DNA of 64,000 bases from Terriglobales bacterium (lineage in GTDB: Bacteria; Acidobacteriota; Terriglobia; Terriglobales; SCQP01), in NCBI GenBank assembly GCA_050747905.1, contig JBOGKQ010000005.1:64994-128993 (forward strand), given 5' to 3'. The position numbers and the translations under genes were made by a program. The notes under the pieces are model-generated. The model was not told the DNA's origin. It worked only from the letters and a program-made list of their open reading frames with translations, and did no database searches. Shown in pieces: positions 17,246-24,817 of the stretch; the stretch's first letter is position 1, and each line of letters begins with the position of its first letter.

Positions 17246-18485
17246 GCTCCGAATCCGACAGCGCCCCGGTGAGGTTGCGGTTCAGGTCGCTGGCCAGTGC
17301 CGCCATGCCTCCCGCCGGCATGGCATCGGCGACGCGCACCAGCACCGGATGCCGCATCGCGGCTACCGCGCCCGCGTCCAGGCCGAACTGGGCCACCGCC
17401 TGCGTCACCGCGTTCTTGTAGGCTTCGCCGTGGCCAGCGCCGTAGAGACGCTGAACGGACATAGGGCGCGAGTTGCCCCCCAGCACCACCCCTCCCGGCG
17501 TCACCACCGGCGGCCCGTTCACCGCGTCAGGATTGCCGTTTACCACCAGCCGCGGGTCGAAGTTCTGCGCCTGCTGCACCACCCGCGCCTGCGCCTCCTG
17601 CGAGCTCGCATAGTCGCGCTCCCGCACGCCCGCTGGGTAGTTGGGATTAGCCCCGAACGTGCCCGGGTGATGCGACGGCACCAGGTCGCGCGCCTCCACC
17701 ACGGCGTAATGCACCTGCAGGTCCCCGCGTGGCGTGACCACCGCCGAGGGCGCGCCATGCACCATCGGCGCCGGCAGCGCCGCCGGCGCGGCGGGCGTCC
17801 CGCTCGGCTCAGCTGGCGGCAGCGGTCTCGCGGGCTCAACTCGAGTGCGGTCCAGCGTTCCCTCAGGGCCGCCAACGAAGCGGGCGTTGCCAGGCTCAGG
17901 CGGCCCTGGCGGCAGCGCCAGCGGCTCGCCGTATTGGCCGCGCGAGATGGAACCTAACGGCGGCGGTGGTTGGTGGACGAGCTGCGCGGTGCCAGCGGTC
18001 GGCTGTGGCTGGCCCGCGCCAGTGGCGATGCCGCGCCCCAGCAGCCTCGGCTGCGGCAGCGTTTCCGGCCCGGTGCGCACAGTGGATCCAGCCGGCAGCC
18101 TCGCGGGCTCAACCCGAGCGAGGTCCAGCGTTCCCCCAGGACCGCCGATGAAGCGGGCGTTGCCGGGCTCAGGCGGCCCTGGCGGCAGCGCCAGCGGCTC
18201 GCCGTACTGGCCGCGCGAGGTGGAACCTAACGGCGGCGGTGGTTGGCGGGCGAGCTGCGTGGTGCCCGCGGTCGGCTGTGGCTGGCCCGCGCCGGTGGCG
18301 ATGCCGCGCTCCAGCAGCCCCGGTTGCGGCAGCGTTTCCGGCCCAGTGCGCCTCGACCGTGCTGCTCGACACCGCCGTGCCAAGCACGTCAGGATCGTAA
18401 CCCATCGCCTCGAGCTGGTCGCGGTGGCTGGCGACATAGCCTTCCGAGTCCGGCAGCTGCGCGATCTGGGCCGCTGCGGAGGCAT
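16986..18485 (-). CDS. polyvalent virion protein fragment with tandem Pro-rich repeats and a ParB/sulfiredoxin-like domain (genuine coding about 17108-18350)
   Basis: VEARDLVPSHH...RERDYASSQEAQARVVQQAQNFDPRLVV...NGPPVVTPGGVVLGGNSR resembles the ParB-like N-domain of phage/plasmid polyvalent proteins (from memory). Confidence 0.55.
   Translation of the reverse strand: MPPQRPRSRSCRTRKAMSPATATSSRRWVTILTCLARRCRAARSRRTGPETLPQPGLLERGIATGAGQPQPTAGTTQLARQPPPPLGSTSRGQYGEPLALPPGPPEPGNARFIGGPGGTLDLARVEPARLPAGSTVRTGPETLPQPRLLGRGIATGAGQPQPTAGTAQLVHQPPPPLGSISRGQYGEPLALPPGPPEPGNARFVGGPEGTLDRTRVEPARPLPPAEPSGTPAAPAALPAPMVHGAPSAVVTPRGDLQVHYAVVEARDLVPSHHPGTFGANPNYPAGVRERDYASSQEAQARVVQQAQNFDPRLVVNGNPDAVNGPPVVTPGGVVLGGNSRPMSVQRLYGAGHGEAYKNAVTQAVAQFGLDAGAVAAMRHPVLVRVADAMPAGGMAALASDLNRNLTGALSDSELAASRGRQISPETLQHVGGWAAALGPNATLADVLQAHGKDMVGALVRWRHHGPGAAGAAIAGERSADRARKRLRDQGAGGHGAPRP
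17829..18350 (-). repeat. tandem direct repeat, 273-bp unit, about 1.9 copies, inside the polyvalent gene
   Basis: Copy 1 is 18350-18078 and copy 2 starts at 18077. The encoded RTGPETLPQP...RVEPAR units are identical at 73 of 83 aligned residues (hand alignment). Confidence 0.85.
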
Positions 18486-18759
18486 GAGCTGCGGCGCGCT
18501 GGTTCAGCGCTGCCTCGTTCGGCGCCGGCGGTGCGGTCACCGCTGGTGGCGCAGCGCCGCCCCCAAAGGTAGTGTCCCAAGCGCCGTGCAACGTGGAGGA
18601 GTGCGCATCAGCGGCGGATCCGGCCCCCTCAATGGCGGCTGTGCCGGCGCGCTGGACAGCACCAGGAGGATGTCGCGCCTCGTAGCCAGCCGTGCCCGGC
18701 ACGCTCAGGTTGAGGACCAGAGCCGGGTCGGCACCCATGCCGCGTAGGTGCGGCAGCAC
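18169..18759 (-). CDS. polyvalent virion protein fragment (genuine coding about 18351-18765)
   Basis: Same frame as 19084-20592. Coding-like up to ...GYDPDVLGTAVSSSTVE, then a 1-nt shift into the next fragment. Confidence 0.5.
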   Translation of the reverse strand: MLPHLRGMGADPALVLNLSVPGTAGYEARHPPGAVQRAGTAAIEGAGSAADAHSSTLHGAWDTTFGGGAAPPAVTAPPAPNEAALNQRAAAHASAAAQIAQLPDSEGYVASHRDQLEAMGYDPDVLGTAVSSSTVEAHWAGNAAATGAAGARHRHRRGPATADRGHHAARPPTTAAVRFHLARPVRRAAGAAARAA

Positions 18760-19083
18760 CTCTCCCTAGGCCGCGCGAGCGTCCGGCTGCTGCCGAATGG
18801 CCTTCGCCGCATTGAAGCTGGAATCGAGGCCGGCAACGTCGGCACCGTGCGCATCGAGCCAGGGGCGGTCGCTCTGGTACTCGGCGTCTGGGTCGGGTGC
18901 GGTCGCGTAATGGGTGACCGCCTGTCCAGTCAGCTGCGGATCCCTAGCGGCTGGCGTCGGTGCTGGCGCCGCGAGCGGCGGTGGCGGCGCAGCCTGAGTC
19001 TGATCAGCTGCGGGCGGTACCTAAGGTGCAAATGTTGCCATGCCGGCGCCTTGCGCGGCCATTTCCGCGCCGTACTTATCGAG

Positions 19084-20592
19084 TTAGGCTTCCGCGCCGT
19101 CCCGTCCGCCGTGGGAGGCGAGCGCGTTGGCAATCGCCTGCTGCGTGTAGCGCTGGTTGATGGCGGTTGGGTTCGGCTGTCGCGACACCCCCGTCCGGTT
19201 CTGCCGAGCCCGGTCAAGCGCCAGTTCATCTTTTCGGTATGCGCCCGTCGCCTGCTGTTCGGCGAGGCGCTCGGCCTCGGTGGCCGCCGTCTGTTGCTGT
19301 TCCCGCGCCAGCTGCTGCGCACGGTAATCGGCGGTGGCGTCCTGTGCCCGCTGGGCGCGGTCGTACTCGCCGAGGTCCTGAGCGTTCTGCTGTTGCTCCA
19401 TTCGCGCCGCCTGCGCCAGCTGCGGCGTCTGTTCCTTCTCCGCGGCGTTCTGCCGCTCCCACGTCTGCGCGTCGCGCGCGTACTGGCGGGCGCCCCTGCC
19501 GGCGATGCCTCCGTAGGCCAATGGCCCCAGCGTCTTCGCCAGGCGCGGCGCAAACAGGTCCGTCGCCACCTCACCTGCGATCCCAAGTGCCTTGCGCCAG
19601 CCGGGCACGCTGTACTGCGACGCGTTCGGATCGGGAGCGGCCTGCTCGCTGCGCACCGCCGCCAAATATGCGTCACGCGCGCCGTGCTCCTCTGGCGGCG
19701 TCCCGTAGTTGCTGGCGCTGTAACCTGATGCCTCGCGTGCCAGCCGTGCCGCCGCGGCGCCATCGGCGGTGCCGCCGAAGTCCGTCGGTGTTGCCGCCGC
19801 CGCCCCGCTATCCCGCGCCGGCAGTGTGGTCGCGCCGCCCCACGTAACTCCCGCTGCTGGCGTCCATGGCGTCGGCGTCAGTGCCGCCAGCGCAGCCGTG
19901 TTCCGCTGCGGCTGCGGCAGCGGTGTCACCTCGGCGCCTCCGCTGGCGCCGGTGTGGAGCAATTCCGGGCCATCCTCGCCGATCACGGCATCGCCGCCAG
20001 CGCCGAGATCCCCGCCGCCGGCAAAATGCGGCATCGCCGCCAGCGCCGCCGGGCCTGGCGGGACCGGAGTCTCGCTTACTCCGCCCAGCGCCGCGAGCGC
20101 CAGCCGGTCGCTGCCCACCGGCTTACCGGCCGATCGCGTCATGCCCAGGGGAGCGCCGAACGGATGCACGCGGCCCTCGGGCACGCCCACGCCGTTGGCT
20201 ACGCCCGTCGGAGGCGGCATGAGCGAGCCGAAAAACGCCGGACGCCCGTCCCGCACCTCGCGCCCGCCCGCCATCTCGCCCGCCATCGGCTGCCCCTGGT
20301 TGGGGACGCGGGCGCTCGCATCTACGCCGGCGATCTCTGATGGCTGGCGCTCACCCGCGGGCGTGAAGCTGGCCTCCCGCAGGCGCCGCGCGGCATCCCA
20401 GGCGGCGTCAGCTCCAACCTGCGGCTCGGTCGCTGCGCCGGCTGCTTCCGGCATCGCCGCCAGCACTTCGGGCCAGCTCCGGGGCCGCGCCGGGAGAGCG
20501 GCAAGCGTCGTCGCCCCCGCTGCCTGATGCAGCCACGGATGGCGCGCCGTCACCACGTCGCGCGCATCGAGTCCCGCCAGTTTAGCGTTCAT
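19084..20592 (-). CDS. virion internal/ejection or tape-measure-like protein
   Basis: Start set at MNAKLAGLD (ATG 20592). IGEDGPELLHTG resembles the GE-x-GPE motif common in tape-measure-type proteins. Q/A-rich coiled C-terminus. TAA stop. Confidence 0.5.
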   Translation of the reverse strand: MNAKLAGLDARDVVTARHPWLHQAAGATTLAALPARPRSWPEVLAAMPEAAGAATEPQVGADAAWDAARRLREASFTPAGERQPSEIAGVDASARVPNQGQPMAGEMAGGREVRDGRPAFFGSLMPPPTGVANGVGVPEGRVHPFGAPLGMTRSAGKPVGSDRLALAALGGVSETPVPPGPAALAAMPHFAGGGDLGAGGDAVIGEDGPELLHTGASGGAEVTPLPQPQRNTAALAALTPTPWTPAAGVTWGGATTLPARDSGAAAATPTDFGGTADGAAAARLAREASGYSASNYGTPPEEHGARDAYLAAVRSEQAAPDPNASQYSVPGWRKALGIAGEVATDLFAPRLAKTLGPLAYGGIAGRGARQYARDAQTWERQNAAEKEQTPQLAQAARMEQQQNAQDLGEYDRAQRAQDATADYRAQQLAREQQQTAATEAERLAEQQATGAYRKDELALDRARQNRTGVSRQPNPTAINQRYTQQAIANALASHGGRDGAEA

Positions 20593-20866
20593 ATCCTCTC
20601 GCTTTCTGCGCGGCCAGCACCCGCGCCCAAAATGCCTGCCGCATGGGGGCGGAAGTCGTTGGCTGGCGCCCAGCCGCGCGCAGGTCCTCTGCCGCCGCAT
20701 CGAGCGCCGCGCGCTGGCCGGCAAGCTCGGCTGCAGGGCGCACGTAGACTGCGTTGGCCTGCGGCAGCGGGCCCAGCGGCATTGCCGGCGAGCGCCGCGC
20801 CGCGCGTGGGTCCATGTTGACCCGGCCGCCCTCCATGCCCAGAATGTCGCTAGACCACTGGCTCAT
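20582..20866 (-). CDS. hypothetical phage protein
   Basis: 94-aa ORF in the operon, overlapping both neighbours. Confidence 0.45.
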   Translation of the reverse strand: MSQWSSDILGMEGGRVNMDPRAARRSPAMPLGPLPQANAVYVRPAAELAGQRAALDAAAEDLRAAGRQPTTSAPMRQAFWARVLAAQKARGYER

Positions 20867-21408
20867 CCCCGGCCTATGCCTTCCAGAACGTTACCCATCA
20901 CCTTGCCCCAGAACCCGGGCGTCGTCGCCACCCGCCCCTGCGTGCCCACCAGGCTGTTGCTCGAGCTCAGGCCGCCGTTGGCGGCGCTGGTGGCACCGCG
21001 GTAGAGATTGCTCATGCCCCCGAGCGCGGTGTTGGTGCCGGCGATGCGGGCGTTGCCAAACGCCTGCTGGAGCGATCCCTCCGCTTGCGCTTCCTGCTGG
21101 CCCTGCTCGCGCGCCAGCTCCTCGTTGGTGTCGTTCACGCCGGCGGTGTTGCCGGTGCGGGAGGCTGCGTTGTTCTCGCGCGTGCGTGCCGCCCCGAAGG
21201 CTCCCGCGAGCGAGCCCTGCTCGGCCTGCGTCATCGCCTGTTGTTCCTCGGCGGTGTAGCCGGGATTGGCGAGCTCGCCCTCGTAGCCCGTCATGGCCGG
21301 CGTAAAGGCGGCGTTCTCATTCGCCTGCCCCTGCTGCGCCGCTGTGTTGGCGTTGGCGAATGCCTGCTGCTCTTGCTGGTTGTAGGTTCCTTTGTCTCCT
21401 CGCGCCAT
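20863..21408 (-). CDS. hypothetical Q/N/A-rich virion protein
   Basis: 181 aa, low complexity, typical of internal virion proteins. Confidence 0.5.
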   Translation of the reverse strand: MARGDKGTYNQQEQQAFANANTAAQQGQANENAAFTPAMTGYEGELANPGYTAEEQQAMTQAEQGSLAGAFGAARTRENNAASRTGNTAGVNDTNEELAREQGQQEAQAEGSLQQAFGNARIAGTNTALGGMSNLYRGATSAANGGLSSSNSLVGTQGRVATTPGFWGKVMGNVLEGIGRG

Positions 21409-21411
21409 ATC

Positions 21412-23424
21412 TCATTTCCCTCCGGGCCATAGCGCCCATACCGGCTTTGCGAACACGTAGGCCGCCTCTAACTGAATGGTGGACGGCGCATCGCCCGTGC
21501 CGCCGGATAGGCGCAGGCTCACGGCCTCTCCTTGGACCAGCGCCAGCACCGACTGGCTGCGCGGCAACGCGGGCGCAAGCATTACTTCGCCAACCTTCGA
21601 CGGCGCTTGCCCGTCCGCCACCGTCTCGACGCTCACGGTCCCCTGGCCCCGCGCCCGCAGCTGCACGATGCCGATAAGCTCGATGCCCTGCCGCTGCTGC
21701 CGGATGAGCTCGGCGGAGGAAAACGAGCCCGTGGTCAGCGCCCAGGCGATGGGCACGCCCTCGTCCTCGTCCGCGCTGGCATCCAGCAAGTACACCGCCC
21801 CGTTGGGCTCGGAAGAGGCCACCAGGATTTGTTCCTCGACCAGCCGCCGGTCGGCCGGTATTGGCGGCAACGCCAGCGGACGGCGCACCTCCACGGCTTG
21901 ACTCGCCGCAATCGTGTCGCGCGACCAGCGCCGGCCGGGAAAGTAGTGATAGCGTGCCGTAAACGCGGAAAAGCGCAGGCTCGGATCCCAGCCATCGAGA
22001 TAGCTGACCTTGTAAATCGTGTCGCACACCGCCGAGTCCCCGGTGGGCACGCCCACGCGCACGCATTTCTCGTTGTGGTCGAAGGCGCACCAGATGAGGG
22101 CGCGGTTGGCCCAGTTGATCTGCTCCCAGGCACCGGGGCTCTGCGACGATGGCCCCAGCAGTTCCTCGCTGATCCAGGTGGGCGCGCCGCCGCTGAATAC
22201 GTAGGCGCCGCTTTCATGCACCATGAACACCATGTCGGTGCCCACCGCGAGCGCCCGCGGGCCCACCGCGCCCACGCTCTGTGCGATGTGGGTAATGCTC
22301 CAGGTTGCCGGGTCACCGTCATTGGGTGTGACCAGATAAATCCCGCGTTCGAGCGCCACGTAGAGCTGGTTGCGGAACTCAAAAACGGCGGTGACCTTCA
22401 GGCCGCTGCCCTCTTCGACTTGGAAGAAGCCGGTGTCGCCCAGGTACAGGCCGGCGTCGCCCGGTTCGGAGCAATAGACGGTGGCAGGTTGCGCCGGATC
22501 GCCCCACCACAGCAGCCGCTGCGTGGTCTGACTGAACATTACGCCCTGGCAGTTGGCGAGCAGAGCGGCGCGGAATTGGTCGCTGCTGTCGAGGGAGGCG
22601 GCGAGGAAGTCGTCGTCAAAGTTGAACGTGGCGCTGGTCGAGACGTTGTCATTCACCAAGGTAGCGGTCTCGACAACACTGTTGACGGTCTGCCCGTCCT
22701 CGATGTAGAAGTACGGGCCCGCGCTCGAACCGCCCGCGACCGTAAAGGCCACGATGCGCGCGACGACCTGGTGGGCCGGGCCGAGGGGCAGATCCGTGAC
22801 CGTGACCTGCTTGCCGCCCTCGGCGGTCCATTGAAACGGGAACGACGGCGCGGTGAGCGAGCCCTCGCGGGTTTTGAATAGGACGACGCCGTAGCGCTGG
22901 CCGGAGGCCACCTGGCCCGCGCTGGCGCTGTCGGCGGCGGAACCGGTGGAGGCGCCGGGGCCTGCGAGGGTCACTGGATCGAGGTAGCTGCCGTCAAAGC
23001 TCAGCGGTTGCGCGGTGCCCGTCAGTCCGTTGCCAAAGGTCATGTAAAGGCGTCCAAATGCCGCGGCCGCGTTCATCCAGGCGCCCGCGGGCGGTTGTGT
23101 GGGAGAGGCGCCGTCGGCGGCGGCCAGAGCGCCGCTGCCGGCGGGGCTTTCGACGTAGAGGTGGCCCTCGGCATCGAACACCACCGGCTGCTCGGTGCCG
23201 TCCAGATGCGCGTAATCAGCCAGGCCCCGCACCGCCGCCCCCGAGGGCGTGGCCAGCGCCAGAGTCAGGCCCTCGCGCGTGGACACCGCCGCCTGCGTGT
23301 AGCGGACGTTGGTGGCCTCCACCATCAGGTCGCAATCGAGCATTTGCGGCGGCCAGTTGGTGACCAGGCCGCCGAAGTGCTCGAGGGGAATTGGAGTGTA
23401 ACCCTGTAGCATGTGAGCGAGCAC
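21412..23424 (-). CDS. large phage structural protein (possible tail hub/tubular protein)
   Basis: 670-aa clean ORF with beta-rich composition. No motif I can name. Confidence 0.5.
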   Translation of the reverse strand: MLAHMLQGYTPIPLEHFGGLVTNWPPQMLDCDLMVEATNVRYTQAAVSTREGLTLALATPSGAAVRGLADYAHLDGTEQPVVFDAEGHLYVESPAGSGALAAADGASPTQPPAGAWMNAAAAFGRLYMTFGNGLTGTAQPLSFDGSYLDPVTLAGPGASTGSAADSASAGQVASGQRYGVVLFKTREGSLTAPSFPFQWTAEGGKQVTVTDLPLGPAHQVVARIVAFTVAGGSSAGPYFYIEDGQTVNSVVETATLVNDNVSTSATFNFDDDFLAASLDSSDQFRAALLANCQGVMFSQTTQRLLWWGDPAQPATVYCSEPGDAGLYLGDTGFFQVEEGSGLKVTAVFEFRNQLYVALERGIYLVTPNDGDPATWSITHIAQSVGAVGPRALAVGTDMVFMVHESGAYVFSGGAPTWISEELLGPSSQSPGAWEQINWANRALIWCAFDHNEKCVRVGVPTGDSAVCDTIYKVSYLDGWDPSLRFSAFTARYHYFPGRRWSRDTIAASQAVEVRRPLALPPIPADRRLVEEQILVASSEPNGAVYLLDASADEDEGVPIAWALTTGSFSSAELIRQQRQGIELIGIVQLRARGQGTVSVETVADGQAPSKVGEVMLAPALPRSQSVLALVQGEAVSLRLSGGTGDAPSTIQLEAAYVFAKPVWALWPGGK

Positions 23425-23465
23425 TTCCAGATAGCCACGCTGGTGCCCGCGCCAACACTCGTTGG

Positions 23466-23825
23466 CTACATATTCGTCTTGCTGATCACCTCGGCCACAA
23501 TGTCGGTGGCGCCCGACAGGGCCGCCGGATAGGCGCCTTCGGCCAGCTCGGTGCCTGCGGCGGTATAGAACTTCACCAGGTTGTTGTTGAGCGCGTTCCC
23601 AGGCTTGATCTCGACACCGTAGCCATCGGGGTGGTTCAGGATCACGATAGAATCCGGCGAGGCGCTGAACGCCTTGGCTGCAGGAAGGTAATTGGGGTTG
23701 GTGGTTGCGGTCAGGTCCAACGTGTCGCCGCCGGTCGAGTAGTTGCCGCTGAGGGTGAGCGCAAGCTGGCGGATCGTCCGCCGGCGCGCGCCGATCACGT
23801 TCAGAATTGTGCTTGCGATGGCCAT
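23466..23825 (-). CDS. small phage structural protein
   Basis: Start set at MAIASTILNV (ATG 23825). 119 aa. TAG stop followed by non-coding-like sequence. Confidence 0.5.
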   Translation of the reverse strand: MAIASTILNVIGARRRTIRQLALTLSGNYSTGGDTLDLTATTNPNYLPAAKAFSASPDSIVILNHPDGYGVEIKPGNALNNNLVKFYTAAGTELAEGAYPAALSGATDIVAEVISKTNM

Positions 23826-23872
23826 GGCTGTGTCTCCTGCGCCCAGCCGTCCGCCGGGCGGATGCGAACGGT

Positions 23873-24418
23873 TTACTGCTGGCGGTGGCGAAACTCGATT
23901 TCGAGAGCCACCTGGGCTGGCTGCGGCGGCTCGGCCAGTGCTTTGATTGCTCCTCGCGGGCCGCCCTGAAGCGATCCGATGACGTTGCTGTGCGTTACCG
24001 CGGCTGCGGGAACCCCTGCCGCCGCCAGCCGCCGCATGAACCCGAGATGACGCCCGCGCCATACCGCCACGCTCTCGCCTCCGGGGATACGGCGCCGCGG
24101 GCTGGCAAAGTACGGTGCCAGCCGCCGCGCCACTTGGGACTCCGGGCCGGCGCCCAGCGTGCCTGAGCGCAGAGGCGCCAGCGCCGGTGCCGGCGTCGCC
24201 GCGATGCCTGCAACCCGCCCGGCCAGCCGTGCTGTCTGCTCCGCCCGCCGCTTGGGCGAGTGAAAGATTACCAGCGGTTTGGGTTCGGAGGCGAGCATGC
24301 GAACACCCAGGCCGAGCGCCTGGCGGCGCCCTTTGGCATCGAGCGGCGTATCGCGGCCGCCGTGGCTTTCGCCTTTGGCGTCAAGCGCCGTCTGCCCGTG
24401 TTCGATGACATAAATCAT
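23873..24418 (-). CDS. histidine phosphatase superfamily (phosphoglycerate-mutase-like) protein
   Basis: MIYVIEHGQT (RHG motif with Glu in place of Arg), SPKRRAEQTA, VTHSNVI. Confidence 0.6.
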   Translation of the reverse strand: MIYVIEHGQTALDAKGESHGGRDTPLDAKGRRQALGLGVRMLASEPKPLVIFHSPKRRAEQTARLAGRVAGIAATPAPALAPLRSGTLGAGPESQVARRLAPYFASPRRRIPGGESVAVWRGRHLGFMRRLAAAGVPAAAVTHSNVIGSLQGGPRGAIKALAEPPQPAQVALEIEFRHRQQ

Positions 24419-24597
24419 GGTTTGGGGCTCGCCGCCTTGACCACGTTGCCGAGGTTGCCGGCTAGCAAGTGCAGCGTGGCGTACAGCCAGCGGTAGCCTG
24501 GTCCGGCGTTATCCGCCGGCTGCGGCATTCCGCTGACCACCGAAGAAAAGGCGTACCAAGCGATCAGGATCCAACCACCGTCATGAATCCATGTCAT
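24415..24597 (-). CDS. small membrane protein
   Basis: Start set at MTWIHDGGWILIAWYAFSSVVSG. One clear TM segment. Confidence 0.4.
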   Translation of the reverse strand: MTWIHDGGWILIAWYAFSSVVSGMPQPADNAGPGYRWLYATLHLLAGNLGNVVKAASPKP

Positions 24598-24817
24598 CCG
24601 TTTTCTCCTTCCGTTCGCCAAGTTGCGAATGCAACCCTGCGCCATCGCGCCAGATTTGGTCCACGCGCCCGTCGCGATGTATTCGCACCGAGCCCTCCTG
24701 CTCAACAAACTCGAGCGTGATGCTGCCATCGCCGAGCATCACGGTCCGGGCTGGCCCGGCGGCGCCATCCCGCGCCAACTCCAGCAGGTCGAGCACCGCG
24801 AGTCCCTGAGAGTTCAT
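24581..24817 (-). CDS. hypothetical phage protein
   Basis: 78 aa, ATGA-coupled to the portal gene. Confidence 0.45.
   Translation of the reverse strand: MNSQGLAVLDLLELARDGAAGPARTVMLGDGSITLEFVEQEGSVRIHRDGRVDQIWRDGAGLHSQLGERKEKTDDMDS

Noticed and set aside
4176-23468. Genetic-code reassignment of TAG (sense codon or pyrrolysine) as the explanation for the in-frame ambers.
   Set aside because: TAG is the apparent terminator of the CDF gene (4176-4178), the dehydratase (11222-11224) and the island gene ending at 23466-23468. In each case the in-frame continuation is garbage. No pyl genes or suppressor tRNA lie in the window. I kept only low-level suppression, as a finding.
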